61,259 nt of DNA. It comes from Bryobacteraceae bacterium (GTDB lineage Bacteria; Acidobacteriota; Terriglobia; Bryobacterales; Bryobacteraceae). A model generated the notes under the pieces. That model did no database searches. It was not told the DNA's origin and worked only from the letters and a program-made list of their open reading frames with translations. Of this stretch, positions 50,918 to 58,626 are shown one piece after another. Both the position numbers and the translations under genes were made by a program. The stretch spans positions 1 to 61,259 of the forward strand of contig DATMXS010000269.1 of NCBI GenBank assembly GCA_035561355.1, read 5' to 3'. Each line of letters opens with the position of its first letter. Position 1 is the first letter of the stretch.

Positions 50918-51364
50918 ATGTCCCGAACCGTCGCTCCTGAAATCGACTCCCGCTATGCATGTTTCCGCATGGAGGTCCGCAGCTCGCGGATCCATCGCTG
51001 GGGCGTATTCGCGCTCGAACGGATTCCCGCCCGCCGCAAGGTGATCGAGTACACCGGCGAGAAGATCAGCCGCAAGGAGACCAAGCGCCGCGGCGAGGGC
51101 GCACTGATCTACCTCTTTGAGCTGAACCCATATTGGTGCATCGACGGCTCCGTGGGCGGCAGCGGCGCGGAGCTCATCAATCACAGTTGCGAGCCGAACC
51201 TTCGAGCGATCGTCCTCAAGAACCACATTCTCTACTACGCCAAGCGCGACATCGAGCCCGGCGAAGAGCTGACGATCGACTACCATTTCGAAAAGAAAAT
51301 GGAGAGAGTCGAGTGCCAATGCGGAGCCGGGAAGTGCCGCGGCACGATCAACCTGAAAGAGTAG
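50918..51364 (+). CDS. SET-domain protein (putative protein-lysine methyltransferase)
   Basis: The NHSCEPN, ELTIDY and post-SET CQCGAGKCRG motifs are all present. 148 aa. Confidence 0.85.
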   Translation: MSRTVAPEIDSRYACFRMEVRSSRIHRWGVFALERIPARRKVIEYTGEKISRKETKRRGEGALIYLFELNPYWCIDGSVGGSGAELINHSCEPNLRAIVLKNHILYYAKRDIEPGEELTIDYHFEKKMERVECQCGAGKCRGTINLKE

Positions 51365-51371
51365 CGACCGG

Positions 51372-52700
51372 CTATTCGCTCCGGGCGGCTCGCAGCATGC
51401 GCACAGCGGCTTCGACCAGTCGCTCTCCCGACCCTTCCGCGATGCGCGTGCTGACCGGTTCGTAATTGCCCTCGGCATATGCCTTGCGGTCCGGAACATA
51501 GCCGATGGATCCGTTCGCCAGTTCGACAACGATCGTATTCGGGTAGGGCGAGGCCTTCTTGATCGCCATGCCGAGTTCGACGAAGATTTCGCCGGGCAGT
51601 CCGACGAAGGCAAGCTCCCGGCCCAATGTGATCACCTGCACCTCGGCATCGATCGGCTTTCCTTCGCGCTTCGCAACGTCCAGGATCTTACCGGCACGCA
51701 CCAGATCCAGAAACGGCGCGGCTCCGGGCTTGCCGAACTTGGCCCAGGTTTCGCGTGCCCACGGGACATCTTCCTGGCGGATGGGCGCGAGCGCGAGCGG
51801 CACAGCCTCGCGAGTGGCGCGAAGCGGCGCGGGAGAAACCGGTGCAAGGCGCGTGTAAGTCTTGAGGACTTCGCCGGCCAGGACCGTGCCGATGCGCTCG
51901 GCCTCGGAGTGCCCGCCCTGCGGCCTCCCGCTCTTCACGTCGATGTGGTTCACCTGCCCGGCGGTCCCGATGGTGAAGACGGTTAGGGGCTGCCCCGGTT
52001 GGACGGCTGCCAGTAATCGTCCGAGAGTGGCAGGGTAATCGGCCGAGAACTCCTGGCCGCCCACAGTATCGAGGTGGAGTGCGTAATTGACGTAGGTTGC
52101 GAGGCGCTCACCGGTGGCACGATCGAAGGAGACTACGGCGACAGCCGGATCGACCGGACCCGCGGGACGAACAATCTTCGGGTTCAACTTGCCCGGGTTC
52201 CAGCCGGTGGAGCCGTCCGTCATCACGAATCGGCGGTTGAAGACGAGAGATGGTTCGCTGCCCGTGGCCGCCGACACCTGCGCCGGCACGAGCGCGGCAG
52301 CAGCGCGGCTGACCGCTTCGGCGATCTTCTCCGGGAGCGCAGCTGCGTACTCGGGCGCGTTTTTCAGGTCGGGGCCGGTGTGGGCGTGTGTCGCGCTGAT
52401 CATGACGTTCGCGACCGGGATCCCGCTGACGCGCTCGATGCGGCTGCGGGCGTCGCTGACGATGTCCGCGGGCACGCCGATCATGTCGCAGGAAACGAGC
52501 GCGGCCCTGGTCCCGGCGGATTCGATGACGATAGCGCGAGCGTACAGGTCGTCGTGGACCCCCGTCGCCAGACGCACATGGTAATAGCCCGACATAGGCG
52601 TTCCCTGCGGCGGCGTGATGCGGTTTGATGCGGCGCCAACACGCAGTTCAGCGGCGGCGCCGAGAGAAGCCAGTATGGCGAGCAGGCCGAGTACGCGCAT
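51372..52700 (-). CDS. neutral/alkaline ceramidase N-terminal-domain-like secreted hydrolase
   Basis: Start at the internal Met giving signal peptide MRVLGLLAILASLGAAAE. ...SGYYHVRLATGVHDDLYARAIVIES...VSCDMIGVP...SATHAHTGPD. The upstream 600 nt of ORF 51372..53309 is antisense to tonB and was rejected. Confidence 0.6.
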   Translation of the reverse strand: MRVLGLLAILASLGAAAELRVGAASNRITPPQGTPMSGYYHVRLATGVHDDLYARAIVIESAGTRAALVSCDMIGVPADIVSDARSRIERVSGIPVANVMISATHAHTGPDLKNAPEYAAALPEKIAEAVSRAAAALVPAQVSAATGSEPSLVFNRRFVMTDGSTGWNPGKLNPKIVRPAGPVDPAVAVVSFDRATGERLATYVNYALHLDTVGGQEFSADYPATLGRLLAAVQPGQPLTVFTIGTAGQVNHIDVKSGRPQGGHSEAERIGTVLAGEVLKTYTRLAPVSPAPLRATREAVPLALAPIRQEDVPWARETWAKFGKPGAAPFLDLVRAGKILDVAKREGKPIDAEVQVITLGRELAFVGLPGEIFVELGMAIKKASPYPNTIVVELANGSIGYVPDRKAYAEGNYEPVSTRIAEGSGERLVEAAVRMLRAARSE

Positions 52701-52773
52701 GAGGGAAGTATAGTGCGAGCCGGAACAGTATGCCGGATCCCGGTGTCCAATGCGGCAGTAAAGGAGGTCAGCA

Positions 52774-53544
52774 ATGTTCGAGCAGAGCTTCCTCCCGGTT
52801 CCAGCCAGGACGCACAGAGCCTGGACGGTAGCGTTTTCGTTCCTCAGCCAGGTGCTCGGGATCGGGTTCCTGGTCCTCGTGCCACTCATCATTACCGACA
52901 GCCTGCCGAAGGGACGGCTGCAGGACCTGCTGTTCGCGCCGCCTCCGCCGCCCGCCCGGCCCGCGCCGCCGGCGATCAGTGCGATGCAGGTAGTCAGTGC
53001 GGAGCGCATTCCGGTGCGGACTACGAAGGCGCTCATCCAACCGGCTTTCGTGCCGAAGCAGGCGCAGATGATCGTGGATCCTCCGGATGTGGCGGGTCCG
53101 GTTGGGGCGCAAGGGCCGGTCGGCAGCGTCGTGGGCGGCATGCCCGGCGGCGAGACCTCCGCCGTCCTACGCGGCATCGTCGAAGCGGCGAACGTCGCGA
53201 CTGCGCCTGTTAAGGCGCCGGTCCGTGTGGAGCGAACCGCCGAACTCGCGCCGCAGCGGGTGGTGATAGGCGGCAACCTGCTCGAAGGCAAGCTGATCCA
53301 CAGGGTCATGCCTGTCTACCCGAGAATCGCAGTTCAGGTGCGCGCGGCGGGTGTTGTACACATTGCCGCCGTCATCGGCACGGACGGCCGCATTCGCGAG
53401 ATGCGTGCTGTGAGCGGGCATCCGCTGCTCGTGCGGGCGGCGCTGGATGCAGTCCGGCAGTGGGTGTATCAGCCGACGCTGTTGAACGGCGAACCCGTCG
53501 AGGTGGACTCGACGATCGACGTCACCTTCATTTTGCAGCAGTAA
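52774..53544 (+). CDS. tonB: energy transducer TonB
   Basis: N-terminal TM, Pro-rich spacer (PPPPPARPAPPA), and a C-terminal TonB domain (...VYPRIAVQVRAAGVVHIAAVIGTDGRIREMRAVSGHPLLVRAALDAVRQWVYQP). Confidence 0.85.
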   Translation: MFEQSFLPVPARTHRAWTVAFSFLSQVLGIGFLVLVPLIITDSLPKGRLQDLLFAPPPPPARPAPPAISAMQVVSAERIPVRTTKALIQPAFVPKQAQMIVDPPDVAGPVGAQGPVGSVVGGMPGGETSAVLRGIVEAANVATAPVKAPVRVERTAELAPQRVVIGGNLLEGKLIHRVMPVYPRIAVQVRAAGVVHIAAVIGTDGRIREMRAVSGHPLLVRAALDAVRQWVYQPTLLNGEPVEVDSTIDVTFILQQ

Positions 53545-55015
53545 GCTTTGCGCCCAGTGCGCCGAGCGCGGCGACGATGACGGGATCGGTCTGGGCCTCG
53601 ATTTCGTCGCCGCGCTCCACGCCGAACGCCTGATTGAAAATCTCAGTCTTGAGACGGGTGCTCACCCATGGCCGCTCGCGCAGCCATTCGGCGAGGCTGG
53701 GCCGTATGTTGCGTTCGGAGAGGTACACCTGAAACGTGTCGAGCACCGGGCCGGTTACCTCGAAGTCCTCCGTGATGCCCGGGTTGCGCCGCGCGTACTC
53801 GATGGCGAACTGCGGGAACACACCGCTGGCCTCCATCACGATGCGGAAGCGGCTGAGCGCATCGGGATAAACCTCGCGATCCGGCTGGATACCGCCGCCG
53901 CCACGCACGTTCCGTCCCGAAGCGGTGCGGTATTCACGCGGCTCGCCGCCGCGGCCGGCGATGTCCTGCTGCTGGATCTGTCCGGTCTGAAGCGGGCGCT
54001 GGATTGAGCGGCCGCTGGGCGTGTAGTAATAAGACGTGGTCAGGGCGACGGCCGTATTCTCCGAAAGCGGATACACGCTCTCCACCAGGCCCTTGCCGAA
54101 AGTCGGCTCGCCGAGGATTACCGCGCGGTCGTGATCCTGGAGTGCGCCGGCCACGATCTCGGCCGCACTCGCGCTCTTGCCGTTAACGAGCACGGCGACA
54201 GGGAACTTGTAGGGGACGGCGCTATCGGGAACGACCTCGCTCTTCGGCGCGGTCGCACGGCCGCGAACGGTGACCAGCGTCTGCTTTGGCTGGAGGAATA
54301 ACGATGCCGTCTCGAGCGCCGCGCCCATGATGCCGCCGGGGTTGTTGCGGAGATCGAGCAGCAGGCCGTTCAGCTTCGTGCCGCCGAGTTTCTCGATTGC
54401 GTCCCGGACCTGCTTACCGGTTTCAACGTCGAAGCTCGTGACGCGCAGGTATGCGACGCCGGGGCGGACCAGGAAGGCGCGCTCGACGCTGGGCGCCTGC
54501 ATCTCTTCGGGCGTCAAGATGAACTGGAGAATGCCGGCGCGGCCCGGACGACGCACGTCAAGGCGTGCCTGCTGCTGCCGCGACTGGGTCAGCAACTGAA
54601 TAAGCTGATCCAACTCGAGCATTGCCAGCGCGTACCCGTTGATGCCGATGATCTCGTCGCCTGCGGAGATGCCCGATTTCGCCGCGGGGGTGCCCGGCAG
54701 CGCCTGCAACACGATCACGCGCCCCGGCAACACCGATACAACGCTGCCGAATCCCTTGCGTGTGGAGCGCTCGAGTTCCTTGAGCTGATCGAACTGCTGC
54801 GGGTCGAAGAACACGGAGTGCGGATCGAGGCGGCGCAGCATGCCGGGGATCGCGCCCTCGTACATCGCTTTTTCGGGCGGCACCGGGTCCGCGGCGCGCC
54901 GCTCGACGATCGCGTAAACGTCGATAAAGCGCTTCAGTTCCGTTTCGACGTCCGGCTTTTCCTGGGGTGGCGCGAGTAGCAGCGCGAGCGCCGGCAGCAG
55001 TGATAACAGCATCAA
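53528..55015 (-). CDS. ctpA: S41-family carboxy-terminal processing protease with PDZ domain (periplasmic)
   Basis: Signal peptide MMLLSLLPALALLLAPP. PDZ motif GISAGDEIIGING. Catalytic Ser in GKSASAAEI and Lys in TFGKG. Confidence 0.85.
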   Translation of the reverse strand: MMLLSLLPALALLLAPPQEKPDVETELKRFIDVYAIVERRAADPVPPEKAMYEGAIPGMLRRLDPHSVFFDPQQFDQLKELERSTRKGFGSVVSVLPGRVIVLQALPGTPAAKSGISAGDEIIGINGYALAMLELDQLIQLLTQSRQQQARLDVRRPGRAGILQFILTPEEMQAPSVERAFLVRPGVAYLRVTSFDVETGKQVRDAIEKLGGTKLNGLLLDLRNNPGGIMGAALETASLFLQPKQTLVTVRGRATAPKSEVVPDSAVPYKFPVAVLVNGKSASAAEIVAGALQDHDRAVILGEPTFGKGLVESVYPLSENTAVALTTSYYYTPSGRSIQRPLQTGQIQQQDIAGRGGEPREYRTASGRNVRGGGGIQPDREVYPDALSRFRIVMEASGVFPQFAIEYARRNPGITEDFEVTGPVLDTFQVYLSERNIRPSLAEWLRERPWVSTRLKTEIFNQAFGVERGDEIEAQTDPVIVAALGALGAKLTAAK

Positions 55016-55124
55016 AGTACTAGTGTAATGGACGCGGGAGGCCAGGCAGAGTTACGGAAAGAAGCAGCGAGGAGCGAGGAGCAACGAGCTGATCGCTGAT
55101 GGCGATTGCTGCTTTCTGCGCCTG

Positions 55125-56255
55125 CTATTCGAGTCTCAGTTCCGCCCAACCCGGCAGGGCCGCTGGCTCGCCATTGAGGAACACGATCCGGCGGGTCTTC
55201 GGGAACGGCAGGCCGGACTCGATAGCGCGTGTGAAGAACGGGATGTTCCGAAGCACCTGACGCTGTGCTTCGCTATCCGTCTCCAGCCAGCCTGTTTTCG
55301 CCAGGAGCCCGCTGCCCCAGCCCATCGACACGATGCAGCCGGCGCCGCGTACGGCCTCGAGGCGTGCGGATACTTCATCCAGGCTGCGCCGTAGCACAGC
55401 CAATCCCGCCTGCTCCGCATAGCGCTGATGGATCGCGATCAGACGGGCCGCGTACGCGTTCGCTGCTTCAAAGATGCTCGCCGAGTTCACTGGTCCGCGC
55501 CATCGCAGCGCGCGCACCACCTCGGGATTCGCGAGGAATGCGTTCTCCTTCCAAGCTCCTTCGAACACCGTTCCCGGCGCGGCCATTTCGGCGAACATCG
55601 GAGTGCCATCCTCGGCTCGCTGCACGGTGCCTTTGGGCGCCTGCTTCCAGCCGAGGTCGAAACGCCCGCCGCCGCGCGGGACGAGTGCAGACGTGCGCAG
55701 CAGGTAGAGGCGCATCGTGTCGTTGGCGCGCGGGCCGGAGTCGCCGACTTTGATCGCACGCATCACACTGGCGCCGCCAGTGCCGAGCGCGTTGTCCTCT
55801 GCAGCCTCACCGGAACGGCTGGATGGGCGCTCGCTCTGAACCTCGACGTGCGGCGGGGAGTCGCTCCAGCGCGCGAACAGCATGCCGGTTCGAAGCGCGC
55901 CTTTGAGGGCGCTGCCGGGCAGATACGGTCCCCCGGTGGCACTGGCGAAGGTCGGGATCGAGAGCGTTTCACCTCGCGCCTGCTCCCAGGCCTTGGCAAT
56001 GGACGGGTGCTCGAAGCTGACGCGCCGGTCGGCGTAATTCTGCGCGAAGCCGCCCCATGAAGCGAAATCAAGCTTTTCGGCCTTACGGATCTGTACGAGA
56101 TAGCCGTCGAGGCGCGGCCCTTTCGAGAGCAGCTTGAAGATGCGCTTCTGGTCCAGGACGTTCACCTGGTCCTTCCACACCATGTAATCGATCGGCGAGA
56201 GTTTGTTGCCATCGCCGACCAGCACGGGAGTCAGACAGGTCAGCCGATATCTCAT
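55125..56255 (-). CDS. csm5: type III CRISPR-associated RAMP protein Csm5 (Cas7 group)
   Basis: Internal start MRYRLTCLTPVLVGDG. G-rich loop GGPYLPGSALKGALRTG. C-terminal SMGWGSGLLAKTGW motif. 4-nt overlap with csm4. Upstream part of ORF 55125..56504 rejected. Confidence 0.8.
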   Translation of the reverse strand: MRYRLTCLTPVLVGDGNKLSPIDYMVWKDQVNVLDQKRIFKLLSKGPRLDGYLVQIRKAEKLDFASWGGFAQNYADRRVSFEHPSIAKAWEQARGETLSIPTFASATGGPYLPGSALKGALRTGMLFARWSDSPPHVEVQSERPSSRSGEAAEDNALGTGGASVMRAIKVGDSGPRANDTMRLYLLRTSALVPRGGGRFDLGWKQAPKGTVQRAEDGTPMFAEMAAPGTVFEGAWKENAFLANPEVVRALRWRGPVNSASIFEAANAYAARLIAIHQRYAEQAGLAVLRRSLDEVSARLEAVRGAGCIVSMGWGSGLLAKTGWLETDSEAQRQVLRNIPFFTRAIESGLPFPKTRRIVFLNGEPAALPGWAELRLE

Positions 56256-57307
56256 AGGACGTTGCCTGCCGCGCGCTCCGGCGCGCGGAGCGGTATGGGG
56301 ATGGCGACGGCAAAGCCGGCGCGATAAACTGGGTGCGGGAAGCCTTCGGGCGCAACGTCCCGCGCGGAGCCGCGCGGATCGCGAGCCGCCGCCAGCACCG
56401 ACCCTTCCTCCACCATCCGGACGAGTTTTTTCGAGTCGCCCGAGCCCGCCGGTGATTCCACGCGGCCTCCGCGGGTAACCAGAGAATAACCGCCGCGCCG
56501 CCAATCGACTGCATCTTCGGGAGACGGGTTGAACAGGGAAAGCAGCCAGTAGGCCGTCTCGACGGGCTCTTCCCCGTTGACGGCCTTTGGCTGTGAGGAA
56601 CCGAGAATCAAGCCAGGCAAATCGCCCTCAAGGAACTCCGGCTCATCGGAGCGGCCCCATCCGAGCGAACGCTCTCCCCCAAGGCCAGTATCGGCCAGCA
56701 GACGGAGCGCGCCCTGGACCGGCTTCGACCACTCGTCGCGGGCTGCCTCGTCCGAGAACCGCACCACGGCCCATAACCCCGAGTACGGTGCGAACTCCAG
56801 GCAGGCGGTGCGGTGTATCTCGATGGCGCCTGTCCTGATGCGATCCACCGCGGCGTGCGAACGCGTCACCGTCCGGAACGGACCGGAATGAAAATGGGCG
56901 TCTTCCGGCAGCAGGCAGCCGCTGGGGCCGTCCACATACCAGGAGTCCTCACTCAGGCTGCGGCCTGCGACCAAATCCTGGGCCGCGGCGAGCGGCACGA
57001 ACCGGGCGTTGCTCCATCGCACTTTCGGTGATGCGGGCGGTGGCCACATCGTGCGCGGCGGAGGCACGAAATGGGTCTCTTCGATGTAGGGAAAGCACGA
57101 ACTGAGCGCAACGCACGGGCCTTCGGGATGGCGGACGGTCGCATCGAGCCATTGTTCGAGCCGGCCCAGCCGCAGCATGGCGGTGGAGAGCGCAGAGAAC
57201 AGGGCGTCGCTGTGAAAGACGCGATCGACGCGGTCGCGCGCGCCCGCATGCAGCCCGATGCGCCACGGCCCGAGCGGACGGAACCGTACCACGAAGGCGG
57301 GATTCAT
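56252..57307 (-). CDS. csm4: type III CRISPR-associated RAMP protein Csm4 (Cas5 group)
   Basis: N-terminus FRPLGPWRIG...VFHSDALFSAL. G-rich loop GLGGERSLGWGRS. Confidence 0.8.
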   Translation of the reverse strand: MNPAFVVRFRPLGPWRIGLHAGARDRVDRVFHSDALFSALSTAMLRLGRLEQWLDATVRHPEGPCVALSSCFPYIEETHFVPPPRTMWPPPASPKVRWSNARFVPLAAAQDLVAGRSLSEDSWYVDGPSGCLLPEDAHFHSGPFRTVTRSHAAVDRIRTGAIEIHRTACLEFAPYSGLWAVVRFSDEAARDEWSKPVQGALRLLADTGLGGERSLGWGRSDEPEFLEGDLPGLILGSSQPKAVNGEEPVETAYWLLSLFNPSPEDAVDWRRGGYSLVTRGGRVESPAGSGDSKKLVRMVEEGSVLAAARDPRGSARDVAPEGFPHPVYRAGFAVAIPIPLRAPERAAGNVL

Positions 57308-57310
57308 TGC

Positions 57311-58144
57311 TTACGCTTCGAGACGGCCGCGGATCTCGTTGAGTGCCGTGCGCAACGCGGCAGTATCCGCCCCGGTCAGCAATTCGGCCTCACCGCCCTG
57401 GCCCGAGTAATAGTTGCGGTCGCGCCACATGACGTTCAGGTTAGCGAATCGAACGCGGCCGCTTCCGCGCGAACCGCCGCCGCCCAGCGCATCGTCTTCG
57501 AGTAACGAGAGCCCTTCCACGACTAGGGGCAGCAGGTCCTTGTCGGCATCGCACAGGATGTCCAGAACGAACCGCACGCGGAAGCGCGCGCCGGCCGGGA
57601 CCCGCTCCAGCGTCCGCGGATTGGCCTGCGATGTGATGCGGTCGATCGCGTTCTCGCTCTTCACCTCAGTGAGCTCGTCATCGAGGTTCTCGCGCATCTG
57701 CGGAGTGATGCTTTCGGCTACCAGGGGCGCGTCGTACACGGCGAGGCGCGCTGGCGTGGAGTGCGATGTTTCGAGCGGCTCACCGCCGCCCACGCGTTCC
57801 ATCCGCCCGGGATTGCGGCCGAACAGCAGGCAGACCTCGTCGTCCGGACGGTCGCTCTGGTGAATACGGACCTCCTGGCCCTTGCGGCGCGAGAGGTAAA
57901 CGAGTTCGCCGGTCACCGTCGCGCCGAGGCTCTGCTCCACAAGAGAGCGCAGCTTCCCGCGCAAGGAGCTTCCGGGCACGTAGGGCCGGCCGAAAGCATC
58001 CTTCACTACGGGATTGTCGGCGCCCCCGATTTCGAGCGAGCCTTTCCCCGCGCCGATGTGCAGCCCGGTCTCGCAAATCAGCTCTCCATCCAGGATGAGC
58101 TTCCCGATGAGTTTCAGTTCGGTGTCGGCAGTGTGCGCGCTCAT
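57311..58144 (-). CDS. csm3: type III CRISPR-associated RAMP protein Csm3 (Cas7 backbone subunit, catalytic Asp retained)
   Basis: GLHIGAGKGSLEIGGADNPVVKD with the Asp of the RNA-cleavage site. G-rich loop GRPYVPGSSLRGKLRSL. Confidence 0.85.
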   Translation of the reverse strand: MSAHTADTELKLIGKLILDGELICETGLHIGAGKGSLEIGGADNPVVKDAFGRPYVPGSSLRGKLRSLVEQSLGATVTGELVYLSRRKGQEVRIHQSDRPDDEVCLLFGRNPGRMERVGGGEPLETSHSTPARLAVYDAPLVAESITPQMRENLDDELTEVKSENAIDRITSQANPRTLERVPAGARFRVRFVLDILCDADKDLLPLVVEGLSLLEDDALGGGGSRGSGRVRFANLNVMWRDRNYYSGQGGEAELLTGADTAALRTALNEIRGRLEA

Positions 58145-58147
58145 GAG

Positions 58148-58621
58148 TTACTCGTTGTAGGCGACGATAGCCTCGAATAGGTCGCGGAACCGCTCGTAGC
58201 CGCGAAGGTCATTCTTTCTGGTTACCTGGAGCAGTAACTTCTCGAGAGCATCCAGGCTGCGGAGTTGGTGCCGCGCAATCGTATAGGCAAGCCGGGCCCG
58301 CAGCATGACGAACTGGTGCTGGCGATCGGCTTCGGGCGCGAGGCAGGCGCGCCGAACCGCATTGTAGAAGCGGCGAAGCTGGCTTTTGGTGCCGGAGTCC
58401 ATGTCGCGCATCCGGCTCACCACACTGTGCGCCTGGTTGTCCAGGTACAGCGGGTCGGTGATCAGCTTCTCGAGTTCGATTTCAGGCGGACCTTCGGGAC
58501 GCCGGTCCCCTCCGCGGAAACCACCCTCGCGCGGCGGACCTCCGTAGCTGCGCCCTTCGGCTCTGCCTTCGCGGCCCTGCCCGGGCGGCCGCCCTTCGCG
58601 TCTATTCTGCACATCCGCCAT
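58148..58621 (-). CDS. csm2: type III small subunit Csm2 (Cas11) with an Arg/Gly-rich N-terminal extension
   Basis: Helical core ...KSQLRRFYNAVRRA...VMLRARLAYTIARH. N-terminal ~50 aa reads RREGRPPGQGREGRAEGRSYGGPPREGGFRGGDRRPEGPPE. The start could alternatively be Met 58654. Confidence 0.7.
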   Translation of the reverse strand: MADVQNRREGRPPGQGREGRAEGRSYGGPPREGGFRGGDRRPEGPPEIELEKLITDPLYLDNQAHSVVSRMRDMDSGTKSQLRRFYNAVRRACLAPEADRQHQFVMLRARLAYTIARHQLRSLDALEKLLLQVTRKNDLRGYERFRDLFEAIVAYNE

Positions 58622-58626
58622 GATGT

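Noticed and set aside
52701-53309. N-terminal 200-aa extension of ORF 51372..53309
   Set aside because: It overlaps tonB on the opposite strand and is Gly/Thr/Pro-rich junk. A signal-peptide-bearing internal Met at 52700 gives a sensible secreted hydrolase.
53528-55015. S41 protease as a dedicated Cas-associated protease (Craspase-like)
   Set aside because: Clear N-terminal signal peptide and a housekeeping CtpA architecture. There is no TPR/CHAT or SAVED domain. Kept only as a low-interest note.
56256-56504. 83-aa N-terminal extension of the csm5 ORF
   Set aside because: It is Arg/Gly-rich low complexity overlapping the csm4 coding region. The Csm5 family alignment begins at MRYRLTCLTPV.
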